Below are positions 51,111 through 59,897 of a stretch of 64,000 nt of DNA, piece after piece. Where the stretch lies: positions 6,112,001 through 6,176,000 of the forward strand of contig OZ250169.1 in assembly GCA_965237955.1 (NCBI GenBank), written 5' to 3'. The DNA comes from Candidatus Marinacidobacterales bacterium (GTDB taxonomy: Bacteria > Acidobacteriota > Vicinamibacteria > Marinacidobacterales > SMYC01). The notes under the pieces are model-generated. The model searched no databases. It saw nothing but the letters and a program-made list of their open reading frames with translations, and was not told the origin of the DNA. Position numbers and translations under genes: made by a program. Numbering within the stretch: position 1 is the stretch's first letter; each line of letters starts with the position of its first letter.

Positions 51111-51700
51111 ACACTCTGATCCCAGGAGCCCCACTCCGTTCCCTCTCGCCCACAAGCATTGAGTACCAGAGAGCGCAGGGGGCGTCAAGGGCGGCGAAGC
51201 CGGCGCGCGCAGCGCGCTTTACCCTTGACGCCCCCGAGCACTCTGGTACGATCCCTGGGGCGATAGGGGACATCCTGCCGCCGGGCGTTGCGTTAACGTC
51301 CAACCTCGCTGTCATCTTCACGCTGAACCAATACAGTTACCGGCACCGGATTCTCTCGATGGTGGCCGCTCACGAAGGTGCACGCTCCGTTCTGGCTATC
51401 GACGTCGACCCGGAAGCAGTCGAGTGCGCTCGCGCCAACCTCGCGCGGAATGGCCTGTCCGCGGAGTCCGCGTCGAGTGCGCTAGCTGGAAAGAGTTAGA
51501 ATCCGTCGACGCCGACGTTGTGGTGGCCAATCTCAATACGATGATCCTGAAACGTGCCGTTCACTCGATGTTTGGAACGATTCTTCTTTCCGGAATCTTT
51601 GTCGAAGAAGTCGACGAGCTCGAGCTCCCGAACGATTCCGAAGTCGTGGAACAACGGCGTGCCGGCGAGTGGGCGGCACTGGTGATCAAGAGAGCACGAC

Positions 51701-52405
51701 ATGGGTAGAGAGCGCCGCTTCTTCGTACCCGACCTCGGCGCATCGAGCATCGAGCTTACCGACGAAGAGGCGCATCACCTGACCCACGTCCTTCGCCTTG
51801 GCGAAGGTGATACCGTGGCGCTGTTCGATGGCAAGGGCCACGCCGCAAACGCGACTGTTGCTCGCATCGATGGCGGTGTCGTCGAGCTCGAAGTCCGCGA
51901 CCGCGTACTTGCGAACGAGTCGCCTCTCGCGCTCACGCTCGCCGTTGCCGTGCCCAAAGGCGATACGATGTCGCTCATCGTTCAAAAGCTCACCGAGCTC
52001 GGCGTCGCCACGATTCAGCCCCTTCTCAGCGACAATAGTGAGATGCCCGGCGACGCGGTGATGAAGCGCATCGAGCGCTGGCAGCGTGTTTCCCTCGAAG
52101 CCGCCAAGCAGTGCGGCCGAAGCCAACTACCGTGCATCGAGAACCCCAAACCCTTCGAAGCTCTCGCGCGTCCCGACACGATGGTTCTGACACCCGGCGC
52201 TCCCCCACTGGTATCGTCGGAGAAACTCTCCGCGAACCCAGTCGTGCTGGTTGGCCCCGAAGGTGGCTGGTCGGCACCCGAGCTCCATCTCGCCAACAAT
52301 CGTGAGCTGACCGTCTTCGGCCTAGGCCCGAGAACGATGAGAACTGAAACCGCCGCCATCGCCGCCGCCACATTGATGCAGTGGCTGGCCGGAGACCTTC
52401 GCTAG
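51701..52405 (+). CDS. rsmE: 16S rRNA m3U1498 methyltransferase
   Basis: HHLTHVLRL, QKLTELGV, EAAKQCGR, VGPEGG, LGPRTMRTETAA. Confidence 0.95.
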   Translation: MGRERRFFVPDLGASSIELTDEEAHHLTHVLRLGEGDTVALFDGKGHAANATVARIDGGVVELEVRDRVLANESPLALTLAVAVPKGDTMSLIVQKLTELGVATIQPLLSDNSEMPGDAVMKRIERWQRVSLEAAKQCGRSQLPCIENPKPFEALARPDTMVLTPGAPPLVSSEKLSANPVVLVGPEGGWSAPELHLANNRELTVFGLGPRTMRTETAAIAAATLMQWLAGDLR

Positions 52406-52760
52406 CGCAACCCTCCACGAGAAACAAGTCCGAGTATTTTCGAGAAAAAGTGTAGTAGTAGGACTCGCCGTCGTCGGAGATCTGGATCGCGTAAATTTCG
52501 GAGAGACCCGTGGTATCGGAGGGAGTGATTACTTTCCAAAGCTCTCGGCGTCCCGTCTCGATCTCGACACGAAACGGAATCCATGGCCCGGACGGCTGCC
52601 CTTCATCTCGCGGGACCCAAAATGGCGTCTCGAACCATCCGCCTTGCCACGTCTCCTGCTGTTGCTTGGGGAGAAGCCCTGGGAACGGATTCGATGGCGT
52701 CACCGGCAGATGCTATCAAGGCATGCCACCTTTTTCGATCTGGAAAAAGTAGCATCCACG
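52402..52760 (-). pseudogene. C-terminal remnant of a PD40/TolB-like propeller (type found on acidobacterial Ser/Thr kinases)
   Basis: FRVEIETGRRELWKVITPSD..G...I.ISDDGESYYYTFSR..SDLFLVEG/LR* with a terminal frameshift; degenerate upstream. Confidence 0.6.
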
Positions 52761-52820
52761 TTTCACTTACTAATGTAGGCTCGGTATGCCCCGTGTGAAG
52801 CAAAGGATTCAACGACGGAC

Positions 52821-54713
52821 ATGATCGCCTCACTCCGAACAGATCGTCCCGACCCCGAGCTTCTCGGAGGAAAAGGAGCCCACCTCGCTCGTCTCTCGAG
52901 CGCCGGTTTTCCCGTGCCTTCGGGATTCGTGGTGATCACGGACGCGTACCGCGCGTTCGTCGAGAGCCATGAGCTGGACGACTGGCTCGAGAAGCTCTCT
53001 CGCGCCGAGAGCTCCGAGGTAATCGAAAGCGCCGTCAAGCAACGTTTTGCCGATGCGCGGATTCCCGAAACCGTTGCGCAGTTCATTCGAGACGCCTACG
53101 GCGAGATGGGCAGTCCCCCCGTAGCGGTCCGCTCGTCGGCCAACGCGGAGGATCTACCCGATCTTTCGTTCGCCGGCCAGTACGAATCTTTCTTGAACGT
53201 GTCGGGCGAGGACGACGTGCTCGAGCGTGTCATGACGTGTTTGGGCGAGCTTGTGGACGGCCCGGGCGATCGCCTATCGCCGCACCCACGGGCTTTCGAA
53301 CGCTTCGGTCTACATGGCTGTCGTCATCCAAAAGATGGTTCCGAGTGAAGTCGCGGGCGTCTTGTTCACGGCGAACCCCGTGAACGGTAAACGCACGGAA
53401 ATGGTCGTGGAAGCCGCGGCCGGATTGGGCGATGCTCTCGTTTCTGGAAGAGTGGCGCCCGAGCGCTACCTGCTCGAAGGTGCAACCGGCGCCGTCCTGG
53501 AGCGGCAGGGCGCCGCCGCCGTCGCACTCTCCGACGCCTCGGTTGAAGAGCTCGCTCACCTTGGACGCCGCGTCGCCGAGCTCTTCGACGTACCGCAAGA
53601 CATCGAGTGGGCATTTGCAGAAGGTCGCATTCATCTCGTGCAGTCCCGCTCCATCACCTCGCTCTATCCCCTCCTTGAAGGCCTCTCACCGGACGGAGCG
53701 CTGCACGTTCTTTTCTCGTTCGGAGCCGTGCAAGGGATGCTCGATCCCATCACGCCTCTCGGACGAGACACGTTGTACTCGGTGTTCGCCGGAGGCGCCC
53801 AATGTCTCGGGCTCGACGTGAATCGCGACAGCCAACGTGCTCTGTTCACGGCGGGCGAGCGCATCTTCGTCAACGTGACGCCTATCCTTCGAAGCCCGAT
53901 CGGCCGGCGCGTGTTCCGGAGGGCCTTCGCCATGATCGAGCCGAGCGTCACCGCCTCCGCCGCGAAGCTCGTGCGCGACCCGCGCCTCGGTTCTCACTTA
54001 CCTCGTTTCATCAGCGTGGCGCGGCTCCTGCGCGTTCTGGTACCGCTCGCCGTCCGTGTTCTCTTGGCGGTCGCTCGACCGGAAAGGAGGCGCCGGACCA
54101 TCACCCGAACATGCGAGAAAGCCCGAAGTTTTTCGTGATACGTCTTATGGGAGACGTGCGGGGGGCTTTGCTCGACTCCGGCAAGGAGCTCGTCGAGGCT
54201 TCAAGGCTCGACGCTCCAGAGGATGTGTTCTTTCTGAGATTCACGGAGCTTTCTTCTGACGCCGATTGGCACGATACCGTGCGCACGAGAGGACGCGCCT
54301 ACGAGCACGAGCAACATCGACGCCAGATCCCGCGGGTCCTGACGAGCGAGGGCGAAGCCTTCTACGAATCTGGACCCGCCGTGAGCGACGAGGACAACGT
54401 CCTGGTCGGAGCTCCCGTATCACCCGGCATCGCCGAAGGCCGGGTGCACGTCGTGCTGCGACCGGAAGGGGCGACGCTCGCGCCTGGCGACATACTCGTC
54501 TGCCCGGGGACGGATCCCGCCTGGACGCCGCTATTTCTTGTCGCCGGCGCTCTCGTGACCGAAGTCGGTGGCATGATGACGCACGGCTCCGTCGTCGCGC
54601 GAGAGTACGGCATCCCCGCCGTCGTCGGCGTCCACGAAGCCACGACGAGACTCGTATCCGGCCAGCGCGTGCGCGTCGACGGCACGTCGGGCCGCGTCGT
54701 GCTCCTCGACTAG
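52821..54713 (+). pseudogene. Rifampin phosphotransferase / PEP-synthase-like dikinase, frameshifted and internally deleted
   Basis: GGKG..L..L...GFPVPSGF, AVRSSA..EDL...SFAGQY, DIEWA, QSRSITSL, RESPKF, TDPAWTP, THGSVVAREYG. Extra G near 53243; out-of-frame junction near 54110. Confidence 0.85.
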
Positions 54714-54793
54714 GACAGGATCAAGTCGGGCGCCGGGTGTGAGCTGATGCAGAACCCGATTGGAGAATCCACACCGAGACAACCCACGAGTCC

Positions 54794-55040
54794 ATGTCGA
54801 GTGCTCTTGATGAGTACCGTCCTATCCATCTTCGCGTCGCTTCGACGGCGGAAGACAAGATCCTCGCCCGTTGCTACGATTCTGGATTCGCCGAGGCAAA
54901 GGGAAACTACAACGGTATCTCCACCGCGAGCGACACCAAGGTCTACTACGTGCTGTCCACCGACTCGTTGGACACTGGCGCCCAAATGTTCGTCTTCGAT
55001 CCCCGCTCCGAAACAATCGAGCACGTCGGCGATCCTAGAC
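54794..55040 (+). pseudogene. N-terminal fragment of a probable beta-propeller hypothetical protein
   Basis: YNGISTASDTKVYYVLST...FVFDP...IEHVGD then abrupt end. Confidence 0.45.
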
Positions 55041-55166
55041 CTAGAGAATGACCATCGCGGGCACGCGCCTCGTGGCAACCTCTGCGATCCGCGTGATGCC
55101 GCCAAAGATCACGCTCCCTGACAAACCCGCAAGGATGACACCCGCGATGAAGTCGAACCAAAAGTG
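55041..55166 (-). pseudogene. Fragment of an alanine/glycine:cation symporter (AGCS/AlsT)
   Basis: Minus-strand translation FIAGVILAGLSGSVIFGGITRIAEVATRRVPAMVIL* matches the family motif VIxGGIKRIAxVAxxLVPFM. Not in the ORF track. Confidence 0.65.
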
Positions 55167-55280
55167 GCAAAGTGGCGGCTGAGGTGGGCTCTTAGCTCGG
55201 CGATACCTACCGTGGTAATGGACGGATCATCGTCGGCGTCATCAGTGGTCACAATGTCAAAGCTACCATCCGGCGATGGG

Positions 55281-56370
55281 CTACGACCCCTGGGGCAGCC
55301 GCCGGCTCGCGAACAGGCCCACGAGCATGATCGTCGCGGTCCCGAACACGATGATCAGGTAGTTGTGGGATCGCGGCGATCAGCAGGCCTCGAAGACCCG
55401 ACGGGAGCTGAGTGGCGATGAAATACGGGAACACTCGGTCGGCCTGGTACTCGGAGCGGAGCAGCTCGGGCTGGACCGTGTAGAACACGAATAGCGTCGT
55501 GCCAATCAGGAAGAAGATCGCGGAGAGCGGCAGGTAGGAGAGCGCGCCGAGCCAGACGCTCTTGCGGGCTTCCGCGGTGGAGCTCGAAGCAATGTAGCGC
55601 TGGACGAAGTTCTGGTCGATGCAGAAGTTCTGGAGGTTGATCACGATCCCGAAGACAAGGACCACCCAGAAGGTCTGCTCGGCGAGGCTGGCGCCGAAGC
55701 TGCCGAGGCTGAACTTCCCCTGAGCGGCCGCGACGTCGAAGAGCTGGCCCGGCCCCTCGAGCAGCCCGAGGAGCATCAGCAGCAGGCAGGTCAGCGCCCC
55801 GACGCTGAGCACGATCGTCTGGATGGCGTCGTTCCAGATCACCGCGACGATCCCGCCTACGAAAGAGTAGAGCGTCACAGAGACTCCGGTCACCACGATG
55901 ATCCAGCGGATGTCCCAGCCGAGTAGCACCTCGATCGGCAGCGCCATCAGGTACGTTACGGTTCCGATGCGTGCGAGCTGGGTCAACAAGTAGCACGAGC
56001 TTGCGTAGAGGCGCGCCCAGGTGCCGAAGCGATGCTCCAAGTGGCTGTAGGCGGAGATTTCGGTGCTCTCCCGGTAGTACGGAACGACCCAGCGCACTGC
56101 GACCCACGCCGCAAGCGGGAGCGATAGGCTGAACACGAAGCCGTTCCAGTTCGAAGCGTAGGCGCTTCCGGGAAGCGCCAGGAAACTGATGCTGCTCACG
56201 TAGGTCGCGAGAATCGACATCCCCGTGACCCAGCCCGGCAGAGCGCGTCCCGCCGCCGTGAAGCCCTCGCGCGAGCGGGTGCGCGGGTAGAAGTAGAACC
56301 CGACACCCATGGCCAGGGCGAAGTAGACGCCCAGGACGAGCAGATCCGGACCGCTCAGGTGCTCGGACAT
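55281..56370 (-). pseudogene. Sodium:solute symporter, internally deleted
   Basis: SILATYVSSISFLALPG, SAYSHLEHRFG, GGIVAVIWND, IDQNFVQRY. After GLLIAAI it jumps out of frame (near 55368) to a natural-looking C-terminus HNYLIIVFGTATIMLVGLFASRRLPQGS*. Confidence 0.85.
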
Positions 56371-56466
56371 GCGCGGGTCTATTCCATTTCAAGTGTCCGG
56401 AAGGTCCGGATGGCAACGACGTGATTGGCGACAAACGGCAACATTAGTCTCATCTTCGTCGATGTC

Positions 56467-57057
56467 ATGAAATATAAAATGGGTGACTGTCACCTCGAGG
56501 CGAAAACCAAGTATCTCACCCTCGACTTGCCGGAGAGCAACGACATCCTCGACGATACCGAGGCGCTCCGGGAGCGAATGCAAAACGACGGCCATCTGCT
56601 GATTCGTGGATTGCACGATGCCGAGGAAGTTTTGCAAGCGCGACGCGACATTCTCCAGATCATGGCCGATGAACGCAAGCTCGATCCAAATGCACCGCTG
56701 ATCGAGGGCGTCACCAATCTCGATCGCGAAGAAGTCGCCAGCTCGTCGGTCCGTGGTCGCGAGCATCTCAAAACCGACTCGCTGAAGCGCGTCGTCTGCG
56801 GCAAGCGCATTATGAAGTTTTTCGATCGGTTCCTCGGCGGCGAATCGCTCAGCTACAATTTTCAGTGGCTGCGCACGGCAGGCCCCGGCGCTGGTACGAC
56901 GACCCACTACGACGTCGTTTACACATGGGCAGCTGTACGCAGAACCTGTACACATGCTGGACGCCGATCGGCACCGTCACTCCCGAGATGGGACCGCTGG
57001 TCCTCTGCCTCGGCTCGAACCAATGGCGGGAAGTGATCGACACCTCCTATGAATGTA
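56467..57057 (+). pseudogene. Phytanoyl-CoA dioxygenase (PhyH) family, frameshifted and truncated
   Basis: LRERMQNDGHLLIRG, WLR, HYD metal motif, AC duplication near 56921 then MGSCTQNLYTCWTPIG...GPLVL; distal His region missing. Confidence 0.75.
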
Positions 57058-57996
57058 CTACTGTTTTTCGTTGCAGAAAGGACAGGTTGCGGACCGGGCG
57101 TGGAGCGGCTTGCGGCAGTTCCAACAAAAACCCGCGGACGATTTCTCCCTCGCTCTCAATCGAAGCCGGATGTCGTCGCGCCGAGCCGAACGGTGGTCGA
57201 TCTCGCTCGCCGTGCCGAGATCATCCAAGAGCTCGCCCGCGCGCTGGTAACGAGCCGAAATCTCGGGCGACAACGCTTTGATAATGATCTCTTCGACTTC
57301 GACGGGTATGGCCTTGTTGCGCTCTCGTGGGCGCACGAGTCGGCCCGATCGCGCCATTTTCTCGAGTTGACGGGGGTTGGCACTGAAATACGGGAGAACG
57401 CCGGTCATCATTTCGTACATGACGACGCCGATGGAATAGACGTCGGAGGCGAACATCGCGCGGCCTTGAAACTGCTCGGGCGCCATGTACGGTGGACTAC
57501 CAATAATCGTCGAGGCTTGGTCTGCGACTTCGAGAAATCTCGACGTGCCGAAATCCGTGATTTTGATTCGGCCTCGAGGCGTGACCAGCATGTTCCCGGG
57601 TCGCAGGTCACGATGCAGCACGCTCTGTTCGTGAGCATACTCGACACCCGTCGCGATCTGCCGCGAAAAATTGATGGCGGTCTCGAGCTCTAGCCTCTTC
57701 CCATGTTGGATCATCGCTTCGAGGCTCTCGCCTTCGACGAACTCCATGACGATGAAGAAGTAATCGTCCGCCTTCTCGGCGGTGACGATGCTGACGATGT
57801 TCTCGTGGTCGAGCGCCGCCAGCAAACGGGGCTCGTGCAGGAGCTCGTCGAACTCCCCGTTTTGCTTGTGAGGAACTTTGATGGCGACCTTCTTGTCAAT
57901 CCAGGTGTCGCGGACCAGATAGACCGTGCCGAATCCCCCGCTCCCGAGGGTCTTTTGGATTTCGTATTTGCCGAGCGTCTGGCCTAGCAGGAACAT
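57058..57996 (-). CDS. Hanks-type Ser/Thr protein kinase with C-terminal zinc ribbon
   Basis: GSGGFG, VAIK, HRDLRPGN, DFG, YMAPE; C-terminal CWNC...CPFC. Confidence 0.92.
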   Translation of the reverse strand: MFLLGQTLGKYEIQKTLGSGGFGTVYLVRDTWIDKKVAIKVPHKQNGEFDELLHEPRLLAALDHENIVSIVTAEKADDYFFIVMEFVEGESLEAMIQHGKRLELETAINFSRQIATGVEYAHEQSVLHRDLRPGNMLVTPRGRIKITDFGTSRFLEVADQASTIIGSPPYMAPEQFQGRAMFASDVYSIGVVMYEMMTGVLPYFSANPRQLEKMARSGRLVRPRERNKAIPVEVEEIIIKALSPEISARYQRAGELLDDLGTASEIDHRSARRDDIRLRLRAREKSSAGFCWNCRKPLHARSATCPFCNEKQ

Positions 57997-58039
57997 GTTG
58001 GACGGGTTGAGAGTATATCATTAGCTATCAGCCTATGTG

Positions 58040-58068
58040 TTGACAACACAAGGGTTTTTGCCTACCAT
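58040..58068 (+). promoter_or_regulatory. sigma70 promoter for the pilT operon
   Basis: TTGACA-N17-TACCAT. Confidence 0.7.
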
Positions 58069-58203
58069 TATTCGTTGGGACCTTTTCAGCGCAAAGTGCG
58101 AACCAATCAAAGGATGCGTGGCACGGATGCGCCACTAGCCTGGTCGTAGCGATTCGATCTTTCACGCCGGCCTGAATCGTTCCGGGTCGGAAGGAACAAA
58201 CAT

Positions 58204-59367
58204 ATGCACATCAACGACTTGTTAAAAGTCGCCTCGGAGCGGAAAGCCTCCGATTTGCATTTGGAAGTGGGTAGCCACCCGGTCATTCGTATGGCGGGCG
58301 AGCTGGTACCGCTCGTGGAAATGAAACGGCTCATGCAGGAGGACACCATCGCGATGGCGTTCTCGAGCATGAGTAACCGCCAGAAGCAAAAGTTCAAGGA
58401 TAACCTCAAGATCGATATCGCCTACAGTGTCCCCGGTCTCGGACGTTTCCGTGCGAACGTATTCCAGCAGCGCGGCACGGTCGGGTTGGTCCTTCGTGTC
58501 ATTCCGGTGAAAATCCTCACCATCCGCGAGCTCGGTCTGCCTCTCGTGCTCGAGAAGATCGCCCAGGAAACCCGCGGGCTCCTCCTATGCACGGGAACCA
58601 CGGGTTCGGGTAAGTCCACGACCCTCGCCGCGATGATCGACTACATCAACTCGCATCGCTGCGAGCACATCATGACCATCGAGGATCCGATCGAGTTCCT
58701 CCACCGCGACAAGAAGTCCATCGTCAACCAGCGCGAGGTCGAGGTCGACACCAAGACTTTCGCCGGCGCCCTACGTAGCGCACTCCGCCAGGATCCGGAT
58801 GTCATCCTCGTCGGTGAGATGCGGGACTACGAAACGATCGAGACTGCCATCACCGCTGCGGAAACGGGCCATTTGGTGCTCTCGACACTTCACACGTTGG
58901 ACGCGACCGAGACCATCAACCGTATCATTGCGGTCTTCCCTCCTCACCAGCAGAAGCAGATTCGTCTCCAGCTCTCCGGTGTTTTGAAGGCCGTGGTCTC
59001 GATGCGCCTGATCCCGCGTGCGGACGGCCATGGCCGTGTGCCGGCTGTCGAAGTGATGATTGCGACACCGTTCATCCGCGACTGCATCATCAACAAAGAC
59101 AAGACCAAGCTGATCCACGAAGCCATCGCCGCCGGCGTGTCGCAATACGGGATGCAGACCTTCGACCAGTCCATCTTCAACCTCTACAAGAAGGACCTCA
59201 TCACCTACGACGAGGCCTTGCGACGAGCCAGCAACCCGGACGAGTTCAAGCTCAAGATCCAGGGAATTCAATCCACGAGCGACCTCGCTCAGGAGGAGAT
59301 GGAGAAGAGCATGACCGACTTCATGGACGACCGCCCTGGTGGAGGAAGCGAGTTCGAGCTCAGCTAA
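58204..59367 (+). CDS. pilT: Type IV pilus PilT/PilU-family ATPase
   Basis: ASDLHL, GRFRANVF, GTTGSGKS, TIEDPIE, RQDPDVILVGEMRD, STLHT, GMQT. Confidence 0.92.
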   Translation: MHINDLLKVASERKASDLHLEVGSHPVIRMAGELVPLVEMKRLMQEDTIAMAFSSMSNRQKQKFKDNLKIDIAYSVPGLGRFRANVFQQRGTVGLVLRVIPVKILTIRELGLPLVLEKIAQETRGLLLCTGTTGSGKSTTLAAMIDYINSHRCEHIMTIEDPIEFLHRDKKSIVNQREVEVDTKTFAGALRSALRQDPDVILVGEMRDYETIETAITAAETGHLVLSTLHTLDATETINRIIAVFPPHQQKQIRLQLSGVLKAVVSMRLIPRADGHGRVPAVEVMIATPFIRDCIINKDKTKLIHEAIAAGVSQYGMQTFDQSIFNLYKKDLITYDEALRRASNPDEFKLKIQGIQSTSDLAQEEMEKSMTDFMDDRPGGGSEFELS

Positions 59368-59884
59368 CGGCCTCCCGCCGGATCGTCCCCCGCGAAATCA
59401 CGCCAAGCCACGAGATTTCGCACTAGCGGTATTGGCGCGCCGCGCTCATAGCGAGGGTGAGCTTGCCCAGAAGATGACTCGCGCCGGCTACCAAGCCGAC
59501 GAGATCGAACAAACTCTGCAATATCTTCGAGATCGGCGCTACGTAGACGACGCCTCCTTCGCTCGTGACTTCGCCCGGGGGCGCGCCGAGCGCCGGCGTT
59601 GGGGTCCCGCACGCATCGAACAACGGCTTCGTCTCCTCCGACTTTCCGAAAAACACATCGAAGCGGCGCTTTCGGAGACCTTCCCTGATGGCGAGCGCGA
59701 TAACGCCGAGCGTGCTCTCGAGCGGTTCCTCGAGACCGACCGGCGCCCCCTTACTCGTTTATCGGGCGACAAGCGTAAAGCTCGCGCCTACCGCCACCTT
59801 CTCTCGCGCGGTTTCTCGCCCGAAACCGTTCATGAATTGGTAACCGGGCGAGATTTCGACGATACTGAAGAGTTAGAATCGTAG
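59339..59884 (+). CDS. recX: Regulatory protein RecX (start uncertain)
   Basis: ALAVLARRAHSEGEL..K, YVDDASFA, WGPARI, HLLSRGF. Confidence 0.88.
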   Translation: MEEASSSSANGLPPDRPPRNHAKPRDFALAVLARRAHSEGELAQKMTRAGYQADEIEQTLQYLRDRRYVDDASFARDFARGRAERRRWGPARIEQRLRLLRLSEKHIEAALSETFPDGERDNAERALERFLETDRRPLTRLSGDKRKARAYRHLLSRGFSPETVHELVTGRDFDDTEELES

Positions 59885-59897
59885 AAACCAAGTCGTG

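Larger units (their letters stand above)
49772..51335 (+). mobile_element. IS3-family insertion sequence (1564 bp)
   Basis: TG...CA ends; 27-bp IRs TGTTTCGGTTCAGCTGGAACATGACAG and (reverse complement) TGTATTGGTTCAGCGTGAAGATGACAG; 4-bp TSD GTTA at 49768-49771 and 51336-51339. Confidence 0.95.
49331..51708 (+). pseudogene. prmA: Ribosomal protein L11 methyltransferase, disrupted by IS3 and about three frameshifts
   Basis: IDPEQAFGTG/xHETT (frameshift near 49697); VIDV[IS3]TGTG/ILSM (frameshift near 51350); AIDVDPEAV; frameshift near 51460 then DVVVANL...LSGI...EWAAL. Canonical position between dnaJ and rsmE. Confidence 0.9.

Noticed and set aside
51107-51499. 130-aa ORF after the IS3 transposase as a passenger gene
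   Set aside because: It is a chimera of IS 3' non-coding sequence read into the prmA remnant.
58118-58135. TGGCACGGATGCGCC as a sigma54 promoter for pilT
   Set aside because: The GG to GC spacing is not N10, and a good sigma70 promoter lies upstream.
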